Below, piece after piece: positions 38,853 through 48,629 of a stretch of DNA of 64,000 bases. How positions within the stretch are numbered: the stretch's first letter is position 1; every line of letters begins with the position of its first letter. Made by a program: the position numbers and the translations under genes. Source of the stretch: Escherichia phage vB_EcoM_WL-3; sequence record MT968995.1. One strand, 5' to 3'. The notes below the pieces were generated by a model. The model did no database searches. It had not been told where the DNA came from and saw nothing but the letters and a program-made list of their open reading frames with translations.

Positions 38853-39161
38853 TTAGTCTTCTATGATATCTCTATCATATCCAAGTGAAATGAGAGTTTC
38901 TTTGAAGTGTTTAATGTTCTTTTGTCTAGAATCATTGATGAAAATGACTGGATAACGAATGTTAAGAGATGTGAATCCAGCGCGTTTAGCAAGAGATACA
39001 ATCAGTGGACGATCATACTCAATCTTACCATTATTTGTAAGAACTTTATAGAAAGTAAAAGGAGCATTGAGCTCCTTTAGAAGTTTTGTAACTGATTGAC
39101 ATCCAGGACAACGACCTACTTCATCTGGAATTCCATAGACTTCAATCTTGTTTTGTTTCAC
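38853..39161 (-). CDS. nrdH: glutaredoxin-like protein NrdH
   Basis: 102 aa with CPGC redox motif; adjacent to nrdG. Confidence 0.7.
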   Translation of the reverse strand: MKQNKIEVYGIPDEVGRCPGCQSVTKLLKELNAPFTFYKVLTNNGKIEYDRPLIVSLAKRAGFTSLNIRYPVIFINDSRQKNIKHFKETLISLGYDRDIIED

Positions 39162-39163
39162 AA

Positions 39164-39400
39164 CTATTCCTTACTAAGAGCAGCATTCAGCTTATTAGTA
39201 ATTTTATCCAGACGCTCATTGAACTCACTAGAAGATAGTCCTTTTTCTGGAGAAATCAAACTAATCACGAAAAATATAGCAATAAAAGGAATAAGGAAAA
39301 TAGCTCCAACTGCCATAAACAAAAAGAATGTTACGGTTGTAAGAAAATCAGCTAAACCTTTACGAAATTTATACATATTTACCCTTAATTGATTAACCAA
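39164..39400 (-). CDS. small membrane protein (78 aa)
   Basis: hydrophobic segment FFLFMAVGAIFLIPFIAIFFVISLI. Confidence 0.45.
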   Translation of the reverse strand: MVNQLRVNMYKFRKGLADFLTTVTFFLFMAVGAIFLIPFIAIFFVISLISPEKGLSSSEFNERLDKITNKLNAALSKE

Positions 39401-39490
39401 GCATTGATAAGCACTAAACTATATTGCGAATAAAATTCTGGACCAAAATGAAAAATCATATCATTTATAGTGTCCATAATATAATTCAAT

Positions 39491-39961
39491 TTAATCATGT
39501 TTCCACACCCCATCGGTATTTGACCAAAGTCGCTGATTATCTGATCCTCGCCACAGCTTTTTGGTCGGAAGATTTTTCTCATACTTCCCATCAATAATAA
39601 CATCAACATATTTAAGCATTTCTAGTTGTTTAATATCTTCAAATTTATATCCTGTCCACAACCAAATGCTTTTATTGGGATAAAGATTTTTTACTGTTTG
39701 AACAATGCAATGAACAACATCTCGGTTATCAGGATAGAGAGGGTCTCCTCCAGTTATAGTTAATCCTTCTATATAATCATTATTCAAACATTCAATTAAT
39801 TGTTCTAGTGTTTCACCAGTGAATGGAACGCCATTTCTAGCATTCCATGTTGATTTATTATAACACCCTTCACATTTATGCAAACACCCCGTAACGAAAA
39901 GAACGACCCTGCATCCAGGGCCATTCACAAAATCACAGGGATAAAATCTATCGTAATTCAT
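39491..39961 (-). CDS. nrdG: anaerobic ribonucleotide reductase activating protein (radical SAM)
   Basis: 156 aa; CxxxCxxC cluster motif GCLHKCEGC. Confidence 0.9.
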   Translation of the reverse strand: MNYDRFYPCDFVNGPGCRVVLFVTGCLHKCEGCYNKSTWNARNGVPFTGETLEQLIECLNNDYIEGLTITGGDPLYPDNRDVVHCIVQTVKNLYPNKSIWLWTGYKFEDIKQLEMLKYVDVIIDGKYEKNLPTKKLWRGSDNQRLWSNTDGVWKHD

Positions 39962-41775
39962 TGGTGTTTAACCCTATGCATGATTTCTTTATTTTTGCCG
40001 AGATTAAATCCGCGTTCATTCGGATTTCCCAAATAACCACAAGTTCTTCTTATTGTGTTCATCTTTTTAGGATCAGTTTCTCCACAAATAGAACAAACAA
40101 ACCCGTTTTCAGTAGGAGTCATTTCATGGGTACTTCCGCATGTAAAACATTTATCTACTGGCATGTTAACACCAAAATAATCTAAATGTTGTGCAGCATA
40201 ATCCCATACAGCCTCAAGACCTTTTAGGTTATTTTTCATATCAGGAAGTTCAACATAAGAAATGTGACCACCTGTCGCAATGAAATGATATGGGGCTTCG
40301 CGAGAAATTTTTTCAAACGGAGTAATATTTTCTTCTACTGAAACGTGGAAACTATTAGTGTACCAGCCTTTATCGGTAACATCTTTTACACTTCCATATT
40401 TCTCAGTATCAAGTTTACAGAAGCGATAACAAAGGTTTTCAGCAGGTGTAGAATACAAGCTAAAAGCAAAACCAGTTCTTTCAGTCCACTGCTTAAGACG
40501 AGCATTCATTTTAGTTAAAATTTCCTGTCCAATATCACGACCGACAAGAATATTCAATTCGTGAATACCAATGTATCCCAAAGACACTGAACTTCTACCG
40601 TTTTTAAATAACTCAATTATATCGTCATCAGGTTTAAGACGAACCCCGAATGCACCTTCTTGGTAAAGAATAGGAGCAACAGTAGCTTTAACTCCTTTTA
40701 AGGAACTAATTCTACACATCAATGCTTCAAAACACAAATCCATTCGTTCATTGAACAATTCGGCAAATTTCTGTTCATTGAACTGTGTTCCAATATAAGA
40801 ATCTAGCGCAATGCGAGGAAGATTCAGTGTTACAACACCAAGATTATTACGTCCATCAAGAATTTCATTACCAGTCGAATCTTTCCATACACTCAAGAAA
40901 CTACGACAACCCATTGGAGAAACAGGAATAGATGAACCGGTGATAGCTTTATTGTTCTTAGCCGAAATGATGTCAGGATACATTCTTTTACTTGCACACT
41001 CTAGAGCAAGCTGCTTAATATCATAGTTCGGATCGTCTTTATAAAGATTAACACCTTCTTCAACGAACATAACAAGTTTAGGGAAAATAGGAGTTATCCC
41101 GTCACGACCAAGGCCTTTAATACGATTTTTCAGAATTGCTTTCTGAATCATTCGTTCAGTCCAGTCAGTTCCCATGCCAAATGTAATTGTTACAAAAGGC
41201 GTTTGTCCGTTTGAACTAAAGAGAGTATTTACTTCATATTCATAAGCTTGGAATGCATCGTATACGTCTTTTTCTGTTTTAGATTGTGCATAATTCAACG
41301 CATCAGCGATTTGCCATTTTTCTGCATCCTCAATATGTTTTGCATAGGTGCGTTTAACATAAGGAGAAAGGACTTTATCTACATTCGCAAAAGTCGTTCC
41401 ACCATATTGATGGGAAGCAACCTGTGCAGTAATTTGTGCCATAATTGCAGTAGCAACACCGATTGATTTAGGAGTTTCAATCTGTGCATTACCGAGCTTA
41501 AATCCGTTCTCAAGCATTCCTTTTAAATCTACTAAACAGCAATTAGTAAATGGAAGAGCAGGGGAATAATCAATATCATGGAAATGAATAATTCCGCTTT
41601 CATGCGCTTTCATAATAAAAGACGGGACCATATTTTTGGCAATGTGTTTAGACACAATACCAGCCATAAGGTCCCGTTGAGTTGGAAAAACACGAGAATC
41701 TTTATTAGCATTCTCGTTTAAAAGGTCTTTATTAGTTTTATGAATCAATCCTTCAATTTCTTTTTCAATTGTCAT
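39958..41775 (-). CDS. nrdD: anaerobic ribonucleoside-triphosphate reductase, intron-free
   Basis: 605-aa continuous ORF; C-terminal glycyl radical motif RRTCGYLG; T4 nrdD carries a group I intron that is absent here. Confidence 0.9.
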   Translation of the reverse strand: MTIEKEIEGLIHKTNKDLLNENANKDSRVFPTQRDLMAGIVSKHIAKNMVPSFIMKAHESGIIHFHDIDYSPALPFTNCCLVDLKGMLENGFKLGNAQIETPKSIGVATAIMAQITAQVASHQYGGTTFANVDKVLSPYVKRTYAKHIEDAEKWQIADALNYAQSKTEKDVYDAFQAYEYEVNTLFSSNGQTPFVTITFGMGTDWTERMIQKAILKNRIKGLGRDGITPIFPKLVMFVEEGVNLYKDDPNYDIKQLALECASKRMYPDIISAKNNKAITGSSIPVSPMGCRSFLSVWKDSTGNEILDGRNNLGVVTLNLPRIALDSYIGTQFNEQKFAELFNERMDLCFEALMCRISSLKGVKATVAPILYQEGAFGVRLKPDDDIIELFKNGRSSVSLGYIGIHELNILVGRDIGQEILTKMNARLKQWTERTGFAFSLYSTPAENLCYRFCKLDTEKYGSVKDVTDKGWYTNSFHVSVEENITPFEKISREAPYHFIATGGHISYVELPDMKNNLKGLEAVWDYAAQHLDYFGVNMPVDKCFTCGSTHEMTPTENGFVCSICGETDPKKMNTIRRTCGYLGNPNERGFNLGKNKEIMHRVKHQ

Positions 41776-42245
41776 TTTAAACTCTTTCTAAGCTGCTTCT
41801 TAAATGAAGCTATTAACTGTGTTTTGGTGTCAGATTCATTATATTCAAATCCTCTTTGAAGCATCTCGGCCATCATTTCCTCTTTTCCTAAACGAGAAAA
41901 TTCCTTTGATTTATCTCCAACAAAGTTAGGGTGAATATTATTTTGGGTGTAATCGGATTTTAAATAAGTAAGTAAATTTTCTAACCATTCAAGATAATCA
42001 ACACCTTGTCCCTTTAAGCCAGAACGATTAAATTTATGCTTCATTTGACCTTCTGCGGCATTGCAGAGATTACAAAGCAATCCACGTACCTTTCCTGCTT
42101 TTGGTCCATTTAATTCATGGTCATGATCAAGATGATTAGCTTGAACATCAGGATTTAGTTCTCGTTGGCAAATTAAACATTTACCGTTTTGTGCATCATA
42201 AAATTTCTGTTTTTCTTCTTTGTATAATTTGCCAGTCAATAACAT
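41772..42245 (-). CDS. 49: endonuclease VII (Holliday junction resolvase)
   Basis: 157 aa with Cys-rich zinc-binding N-terminus; size and position as T4 gp49. Confidence 0.9.
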   Translation of the reverse strand: MLLTGKLYKEEKQKFYDAQNGKCLICQRELNPDVQANHLDHDHELNGPKAGKVRGLLCNLCNAAEGQMKHKFNRSGLKGQGVDYLEWLENLLTYLKSDYTQNNIHPNFVGDKSKEFSRLGKEEMMAEMLQRGFEYNESDTKTQLIASFKKQLRKSLK

Positions 42246-42247
42246 AA

Positions 42248-42283
42248 TAAATACCCTTACCTTAAATAGATAAGGGTATTTAT
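42248..42283 (-). promoter_or_regulatory. stem-loop immediately upstream of the gene 49 start
   Basis: AAATACCCTTA / TAAGGGTATTT inverted repeat (11-bp arms) ending 5 nt before the ATG; T4 gene 49 is known to have hairpin-controlled early translation. Confidence 0.55.
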
Positions 42284-42287
42284 TATT

Positions 42288-42337
42288 TTTAAGTATTGTA
42301 AAACATTCGATGCAATCGTTTATACTGTCGAATCATC
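42288..42337 (-). repeat. ~50-bp direct repeat, copy 1 (3-prime end of the mini-ORF)
   Basis: ~85 percent identical to 42500-42550. Confidence 0.7.
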
Positions 42338-42465
42338 TTTTTAGTAGGACGAGAATAGGTTCCTACGCAAGTGGTCATATGAGGGTCCGTAGAATGTCCT
42401 TTAATAAAAAGTTTCCAAACCTTACCGCCATTTAACTTTTCAGTATAAACCAATTCGGTTTTCAT
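42289..42465 (-). CDS. hypothetical mini-protein (58 aa) with duplicated C-terminus
   Basis: hand-translated MKTELVYTEKLNGGKVWKLFIKGHSTDPHMTTCVGTYSRPTKKMIRQYKRLHRMFYNT; last 15 aa repeat the C-terminus of the upstream 167-aa ORF. Confidence 0.35.
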   Translation of the reverse strand: MKTELVYTEKLNGGKVWKLFIKGHSTDPHMTTCVGTYSRPTKKMIRQYKRLHRMFYNT

Positions 42466-42499
42466 TAAAATGCCTTGTCAGAAAAAGAATTTTGAGTTT

Positions 42500-42550
42500 T
42501 TTCAAGTATTATAAAACATTTGATGCAATCGCTTATATTGCCGAATCATT
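42500..42550 (-). repeat. ~50-bp direct repeat, copy 2 (3-prime end of the 167-aa ORF)
   Basis: pairs with 42288-42337; a shorter motif GTCAGAAAAAGAATTTTG also occurs twice (42476 and 42555). Confidence 0.7.
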
Positions 42551-43005
42551 TGGTCAGAAAAAGAATTTTGTGTTTCAAGCCATTCAATATATTCTGCCGC
42601 AGCTTGCATCAGGTTACCTTCATAATCATCAATATCTTTTTTCAATGCCACTTTAGCTAATGCATATGAAATACGTTCACCTTGAAAAGCGGCTTTAGGC
42701 TTCTGAACAACTTGATTAGTTCGCTCTACAACTTCTTCAATTTCGCCATTTTCAACGGATTCAGTATTCCATAAGCACCAATACGTAATTGGCTTATCAT
42801 AGATATTAATAATCTTTCCGTCGGAAAGTTCAATTTCAATAATTCCAGTATCAGGTTCTATATCATCTTCACATTCTTTTGCAAGTTCACGAACTTTAAA
42901 GACAGTACCTGCACTAAGTTCCGGCCAGTAATTACACAGCCCTGTATCAACACGATTAATTCTAAACCACTTATCTACTGTAATCATGTCCCATCTCCAT
43001 ATCAA
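42502..43005 (-). CDS. hypothetical protein (167 aa; pin-position)
   Basis: ORF in track; T4 has pin (protease inhibitor) near here but identity is not verified. Confidence 0.45.
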   Translation of the reverse strand: MIWRWDMITVDKWFRINRVDTGLCNYWPELSAGTVFKVRELAKECEDDIEPDTGIIEIELSDGKIINIYDKPITYWCLWNTESVENGEIEEVVERTNQVVQKPKAAFQGERISYALAKVALKKDIDDYEGNLMQAAAEYIEWLETQNSFSDQMIRQYKRLHQMFYNT

Positions 43006-43110
43006 TTAAGTCATTTATCGTTGGTTCATTATATACTGTTTCTTCATCAGTGTAAACCGGTTCTTCCGGCTCTGGCTCTACTGTTTCCCATCTAGCCGCC
43101 CACCAGGGTT

Positions 43111-43431
43111 TTATAGCGTAATCCATTCTCGTATTGTCTGAGTTACTACACGTTCATGGAGCTCGACTAGTTCAACAGTCGGAACTGCATAATACCAGTC
43201 AGAATGGTAAGAACCTGAGCGAGATTCATTTACAGACACATGAACGTTATGTTTTGGACTAAAATAAACACACTGACGATATTGGCATTTACCATCTTGC
43301 ACCCAGTCTTCTATTTCAATAGGTTTAAGATAGTCGGAAAAATCGAAATCATAGTTTTCCGAAAATGCATCATGGTCTTCGATGATTTCACTCAGAACTG
43401 CATCAACATCTAATTTATTTTCAATAGTCAT
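43111..43431 (-). CDS. hypothetical protein (106 aa)
   Basis: ORF in track. Confidence 0.45.
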   Translation of the reverse strand: MTIENKLDVDAVLSEIIEDHDAFSENYDFDFSDYLKPIEIEDWVQDGKCQYRQCVYFSPKHNVHVSVNESRSGSYHSDWYYAVPTVELVELHERVVTQTIREWITL

Positions 43432-43442
43432 TTTTTCACCAA

Positions 43443-43652
43443 TTAATTTCGCAATTTATTAAGTTCTTCATAATCAATCCAGGATTCTAATCCTGATGGC
43501 AAATCAGATTCAATTTCCCACAGAAGTTCTTCAATTTTATGAAGACGATCTAATTCTTCAGCTGGAATAGTAACCATTGATGGAGCTCTTGATACACTAA
43601 TATCGTAAATCATATTTACCCCAGTTTGACCATACAATCGCCGTATTTCCAC
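43443..43652 (-). CDS. hypothetical protein (69 aa)
   Basis: ORF in track. Confidence 0.4.
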   Translation of the reverse strand: MEIRRLYGQTGVNMIYDISVSRAPSMVTIPAEELDRLHKIEELLWEIESDLPSGLESWIDYEELNKLRN

Positions 43653-43831
43653 TTAGAAATAGACTTTTCGCCGTTAGAATAATAAACTTCGAGTTTAGCA
43701 CGATTATTTTTAATTTGAATAACCTTGGCTGTCATTAAAGTTCCATACCCATAGTAAACTGCAACTTCATCACCTACATATACCGCGCTTCCGCGGTAAT
43801 CATGGATATAATCAGTTCCTTCGAGCATCAT
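43616..43831 (-). CDS. hypothetical protein (71 aa)
   Basis: ORF in track. Confidence 0.4.
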   Translation of the reverse strand: MMLEGTDYIHDYRGSAVYVGDEVAVYYGYGTLMTAKVIQIKNNRAKLEVYYSNGEKSISKWKYGDCMVKLG

Positions 43832-44091
43832 TTAAAGTATTCCCGCAATTGGTCAAATCCACCAATATGACTTCCATCAGGAGCAAATACCTGAGGCATT
43901 GTCAAGCCAATTTGAGTATCACGACCTAGTTTAGTCAGAAGCTCAGCAATTTTCTCATCGTCAAAAACACCTTTTTCCGGCATAATGTTGATAAACTCAA
44001 ACGGCTGTTTCTTCACGGTCAAAAGACGTTTTGCATTATCGCAATACACACATTTATGGATGTTGCTATCATAACCATATACTTTAAACAT
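43828..44091 (-). CDS. nrdC: thioredoxin/glutaredoxin NrdC
   Basis: 87 aa with CVYC redox motif; size as T4 NrdC. Confidence 0.85.
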   Translation of the reverse strand: MFKVYGYDSNIHKCVYCDNAKRLLTVKKQPFEFINIMPEKGVFDDEKIAELLTKLGRDTQIGLTMPQVFAPDGSHIGGFDQLREYFK

Positions 44092-44092
44092 A

Positions 44093-44335
44093 TTATTCCT
44101 TAATTCCTAGTACTTGTTTAAAAGTCTCGTCGTAATCAAGACTTTGGCCCGTTTGTTCTTTATGTTTGTATATAATATCACTTACTTCTGATAGCATATT
44201 TTTATATGAACGAGTTAAAGCAGATTTAAGCACACTGTATCTATCAGGAAATTTACCGTGTTCATTATAATAAGCTATTGCTAATTCACGGACTGCCTTT
44301 TCGGCAGTCTCCATATATTCTTTACGCTTTGTCAT
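44093..44335 (-). CDS. hypothetical protein (80 aa from [13 protein letters not shown])
   Basis: trimmed from track ORF 44093-44494. Confidence 0.4.
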
Positions 44336-44639
44336 TTTCTTCTCGGTCAAATCGGTGTTTACAATGGCGGCATTTATAACGAAGATTATTAGTCTGCCAA
44401 TGGACCAATTGCACCTGTTCAGTTCCACACTCAGGGCAATTAGGAACGTTTTTAGAAGCTCTTTCACGTCGTTCAACCATAGCCATAATAGCATCCCATG
44501 CTGGAGGTTTAAAATCTAAATCGTCGCAGCCGTGAATCTTTCCACGCATTTCCATATCATCTTCCTCACCAGCCATAATAATTTTAATTAGACTGGAATT
44601 ACTTGAAGCTGCAATGTCTTCTAATAGACGCTTTTTCAT
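44322..44639 (-). CDS. zinc-finger-like small protein
   Basis: 105 aa with CPECG...CRHCKH. Confidence 0.45.
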
Positions 44640-45565
44640 TTCAATACCTCAATAGCATTGCGTAAACCATTTGCTTTTGCATTAAGAGCTTTTAACAATT
44701 TGGTGTGTTCTGCAATTTGGGCTTCAACTTCAATCAAACGAGCATTGAGATATTCGCGTTCTTCGCTCAGGTTATCAACCTTTTCTACTTTAGGTTCTTT
44801 TACAACTGGCTTATACGTATTAGGGTTCTTCAGTTTAATTAGAATGCGTGAGCTGTATAACATTGAACCATTATCTTCGGTTTCATCATACATTTCTACT
44901 ACGTCCATGATTTTTAACATCATGCGGAGTTTATAAGATAACGAACGAATAGTTTTGTTGTGCTTATTAATTTCTCTAGCTGTCATGGTGCCGAGATTAC
45001 GTGAGTAATAATAAGGAACCTGGATATTAATTAATACTGATGAACCACCTGGCTTGTGTGTTACTTCATCAGCAATAACCCAGTCCTTAACATGAACTGT
45101 ATTTGTACGGTCATCGCCAGCGGTAAACAGTTTGCGAGCATGCTTAAAAAGCATATTCACTTGAGTATTGAATTGACAAGCAAATTTATCAGCAAATTTA
45201 GTTTCAGGAATGGTAGATAACCAATCAGCCAAATGGGTCTTTTTAACATCGTTAATAATAGTAAATTCAACCAAATCGGTTATAGATGTCGAAGTTTTAA
45301 TGAAGCTCGGCTTCATAAAGTTTTTAATGTTATCACGAGCTACAGTAGAAGATAACATACGAGAACGTTTAAACCATTCAAGCAAATTGCCTAACGAATG
45401 AGAATAAGCGTTCTGAGTATCTTTACAGATATGATTTTCCTGGCCAACATACTGAAGGAAATCACGAAGAATATTATTGATTACTGCTCTATGTCCTATC
45501 TGATAATCACGATGTTTAGTAATAAGATTGTCAAAATAATCAATATAATGTTTACGAGTTTTCAT
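44636..45565 (-). CDS. coiled-coil-tailed protein, paralog 1 (309 aa)
   Basis: starts MKTRKHY; C-terminal heptad-rich segment; shares a FK..RKL motif with the next three ORFs. Confidence 0.5.
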   Translation of the reverse strand: MKTRKHYIDYFDNLITKHRDYQIGHRAVINNILRDFLQYVGQENHICKDTQNAYSHSLGNLLEWFKRSRMLSSTVARDNIKNFMKPSFIKTSTSITDLVEFTIINDVKKTHLADWLSTIPETKFADKFACQFNTQVNMLFKHARKLFTAGDDRTNTVHVKDWVIADEVTHKPGGSSVLINIQVPYYYSRNLGTMTAREINKHNKTIRSLSYKLRMMLKIMDVVEMYDETEDNGSMLYSSRILIKLKNPNTYKPVVKEPKVEKVDNLSEEREYLNARLIEVEAQIAEHTKLLKALNAKANGLRNAIEVLK

Positions 45566-45621
45566 ATTCTTCTCACTTGGTTAATAATTTATGCTCCAAG
45601 CCGTCCTTGGCTTAAATTACT

Positions 45622-46629
45622 TTACTTAATTAACTGTAAAGCTTGTTCCAGACGATCAAGACGATTAACAGATTCTTCCCAAATCCTTTTAGCTTGTTCA
45701 TACTCTTTGTGCGCTTTATTAGAAATTTCTAGAGCTTCCTTATACGCCTTTTCTAGTGCGATAACTTCTGGACGAATTTCTATCGGTTCAGGTGAATCGT
45801 CAAGACATTCCATTAGTTCCTCAAGGGTAGTTTCTTCTTTAGGAGTATTCACAATTTCATCACATTTTTGCTGGTAAATTTCTTTATCAGTCGGTGAGTA
45901 CGCACACTTTACTTCACGAAGACTAACTACAATTTTATATCCTTCCCAACCGCATATATTCTTAAAAGGACAAGTATGAATATTTTCTACTGTTTCCATA
46001 CAAAGTAATGCAGTCTCTAACTGACGAGTTATATCACTAGCAATTGAGAAAAATTTATTAATGTTCTTTTGATTAGCTTCTGGTGTAAAAAATCCATAAT
46101 TAATAAAAATAGCTACTTTATTTTTATCAAGCTCATATTCTTTTATTGTAATCATATCAGCAGCTAAAGGATGAATTTGACGATAATCGCCATAACATAG
46201 TTTAGAAGCCGATTTCAGAATTTGCTTTTTGAAAAGTCTAAATTTACTAACCCAACGACGAGTAAAAATATTCTCAGGGTCTTCTTTGGTATTAAGATGA
46301 TAAGAATTAACATCACCGAACCAGTTATATCCTACTACATCTTTAGTTCGTTTAATTTCTTTACCAAATTTACTAAGAATATCTCTGTTGACTAAGTATG
46401 AAAGAAGACGAGACCCTTTAAAGGTTTTCTTAATACCATCTTTATTTGTACGACTAGAAATTTCACGAACTTCATGAATAAATTTGCCGGAAGAAACAAT
46501 ACTTGCATCAATATTATTGAGCCATTGATTGATAATAGAAAGAACGCTATTTTGGCCAAACAACGGTATAGGCATAACTTTATTATCAATAACATTATTG
46601 AATGATTTGATGTATTCGTTACGAGTCAT
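45622..46629 (-). CDS. coiled-coil-tailed protein, paralog 2 (335 aa from MTRNEY)
   Basis: FRLFKKQILKSASKL is similar to ALFRKQLKQILSTASRL in paralog 3; C-terminal coiled coil. Confidence 0.5.
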   Translation of the reverse strand: MTRNEYIKSFNNVIDNKVMPIPLFGQNSVLSIINQWLNNIDASIVSSGKFIHEVREISSRTNKDGIKKTFKGSRLLSYLVNRDILSKFGKEIKRTKDVVGYNWFGDVNSYHLNTKEDPENIFTRRWVSKFRLFKKQILKSASKLCYGDYRQIHPLAADMITIKEYELDKNKVAIFINYGFFTPEANQKNINKFFSIASDITRQLETALLCMETVENIHTCPFKNICGWEGYKIVVSLREVKCAYSPTDKEIYQQKCDEIVNTPKEETTLEELMECLDDSPEPIEIRPEVIALEKAYKEALEISNKAHKEYEQAKRIWEESVNRLDRLEQALQLIK

Positions 46630-46654
46630 AATAATCTCCTCAGTAGAAAGTAAG

Positions 46655-46690
46655 AACATTATACCACATCCTTGTGGCAAAGTAAACTAG
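46655..46690 (-). promoter_or_regulatory. early promoter (GTTTACTTTGCCACAAGGATGTGGTATAAT)
   Basis: near-identical to the promoter at 2425-2460. Confidence 0.55.
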
Positions 46691-47709
46691 TTCAGTGCAT
46701 TTAGTGCATTGTTTAGTTTAGAACGTTGCTTCGTGAGATTTTTGACTTTTTCTTGAGCTTTTTCTAGCATCTTTTCAGCTTCTAGCACTTCATTAGTTGC
46801 TTTGACGAGTTCATCATCTACTGCCTTGATAGACTTCTCAATCGCATCCGCGTGCCATTTTTCAACAGGTTTAAGACTCGGATTTTCAATAGGAAGAAAA
46901 TTCACTTTATTGAATTTCCATGCATCTTTATTGCCTGAACTATACATCCAAAATTTAGAATCGTTTGATGAGTAATTAGATAAATTTAAGTTATCTTGCA
47001 CTTCTTGCTTTTTCTCTTGCGGGACTTCGTCCTTTCTCAAAAAATCGTATTTAAATGAAACGATCATATCAAGTTCATATGTTGTTGTATGTTCCCAATT
47101 TCGCTCAAAACGAGGTAAAATCTTAGAATGAACAGCGGCAACAACATCCATATACTTAAATGCTTCTGTCAACTGCGATTTAAGGCATTCGCAAATTGAA
47201 AGAGAATTTTTTGTATTAGGTTTAAAGCTAATTCGTGCAGTTCTATTATTTTCTTTTAATGGTCTTACTTCCATCTGAAGAGTATAACCATCAAATTTCA
47301 GGTTCTTTAAGTTAATGTCAGAACCTTTTAATCGACTAGCCGTCGACAAAATTTGCTTTAATTGTTTACGGAATAGAGCAATAAATCTCCATTCAATACG
47401 ATAATGATTTGGATTGAAAAATCCAGATGATAAATCGACCTTACTTTGACCAACGCCTTGAACAAATAGAGGATTTTTATAATCAATAGTTTTACAGAAA
47501 TCGGTGAGCTGCTCACGAGCAGTCATTTGTGTAATATACCCCGCTTTACTAAAATGACGTAACCATTCACTGCTATTCAGATGTTTAAAGGCGTGAATGG
47601 AACAATTAACTTTACCAAGGTCTAAATTATTTTCGCACAAAAATGTCATAGCATCACGAGTATAGCTGGCATTACGAACCATATCTTCAATTTGAGAACG
47701 AGTTTTCAT
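46687..47709 (-). CDS. coiled-coil-tailed protein, paralog 3 (340 aa)
   Basis: starts MKTRSQIEDM; C-terminal coiled coil. Confidence 0.5.
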   Translation of the reverse strand: MKTRSQIEDMVRNASYTRDAMTFLCENNLDLGKVNCSIHAFKHLNSSEWLRHFSKAGYITQMTAREQLTDFCKTIDYKNPLFVQGVGQSKVDLSSGFFNPNHYRIEWRFIALFRKQLKQILSTASRLKGSDINLKNLKFDGYTLQMEVRPLKENNRTARISFKPNTKNSLSICECLKSQLTEAFKYMDVVAAVHSKILPRFERNWEHTTTYELDMIVSFKYDFLRKDEVPQEKKQEVQDNLNLSNYSSNDSKFWMYSSGNKDAWKFNKVNFLPIENPSLKPVEKWHADAIEKSIKAVDDELVKATNEVLEAEKMLEKAQEKVKNLTKQRSKLNNALNALN

Positions 47710-47717
47710 GGTGTTCC

Positions 47718-48629
47718 TTAAGATTTAAGTAAATCAACAATTTTAATTAATTTTTCACGCTCAGATTTAGCTTTACTACTCAATCCAGATAGTCTGAAAA
47801 TTTCATCGTCATATTGTTGAATAGAAATATTCAGCTCTTCAATCTGTTTATTAAAATAATCAATTTGTTCAGAATGTTTTTCGTTACTACGAACTGGTAC
47901 AGGTTTTGTAGGCAATTTAGTTGAACTGGATTCATCCGGGCGATAAATTAAAATACAACTTGAACCAATAGGGCATTTTGCACCAGATGAATATTCTAAT
48001 GTTCCGGCTTCTTTTAAAACTTCAAAAGCTAAACAGAGATGATGCCCCATATTAACATAATCTGTAGAGTGAGCTCTGACGTAATAATCATCTCCACGAG
48101 TGCTAAATTTAAAGCATTTAAGGTCTTCTGTATTATTGGTCTTAAAAATCATTTGTTTATCTAGACCTTTAGCTAATCGAGCGCCTAATGCTAATAATCG
48201 TCTTTGATTTTCCCACAAATCCGCAATCATTTGATCGAATGATAATTTTGGCATTAGTCGACCATAAAGGTCATATCCTTTATTATAATTACGAAGGATT
48301 TCACTCGCATTAATACGAGACAATGCTCCAATTTTATTAAGGGCTTTCATAATGCGATTAGATAAACTCATTCCAGATCCGTTTGTTCGCTGCAAATGTT
48401 TTTCTAATCCAAATCCAATATCAACTTTAAACTTATCTAAAATTTCTGCATGAACATCTCTGTCAATAACATTCAAATCCAAAGTTGAGTTAAATCTATG
48501 AAAAAATTTATCTGGCTCTGCACTGCGAAATACAGTCCATTCATTCATCATTTTTTTATTAACTAAAGATTTAATTACTGCATTGACATTATTAATTACT
48601 ACTGACATATTTTCCTCACTCAATTTCAA
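47718..48629 (-). CDS. coiled-coil-tailed protein, paralog 4 (303 aa)
   Basis: C-terminal coiled coil QIDYFNKQIEELNISIQQYDDEIFRL. Confidence 0.5.
   Translation of the reverse strand: MKLSEENMSVVINNVNAVIKSLVNKKMMNEWTVFRSAEPDKFFHRFNSTLDLNVIDRDVHAEILDKFKVDIGFGLEKHLQRTNGSGMSLSNRIMKALNKIGALSRINASEILRNYNKGYDLYGRLMPKLSFDQMIADLWENQRRLLALGARLAKGLDKQMIFKTNNTEDLKCFKFSTRGDDYYVRAHSTDYVNMGHHLCLAFEVLKEAGTLEYSSGAKCPIGSSCILIYRPDESSSTKLPTKPVPVRSNEKHSEQIDYFNKQIEELNISIQQYDDEIFRLSGLSSKAKSEREKLIKIVDLLKS

Noticed and set aside
39958-41775. Group I intron with a homing endonuclease inside nrdD
   Set aside because: The reading frame is continuous over 605 codons with no internal ORF.
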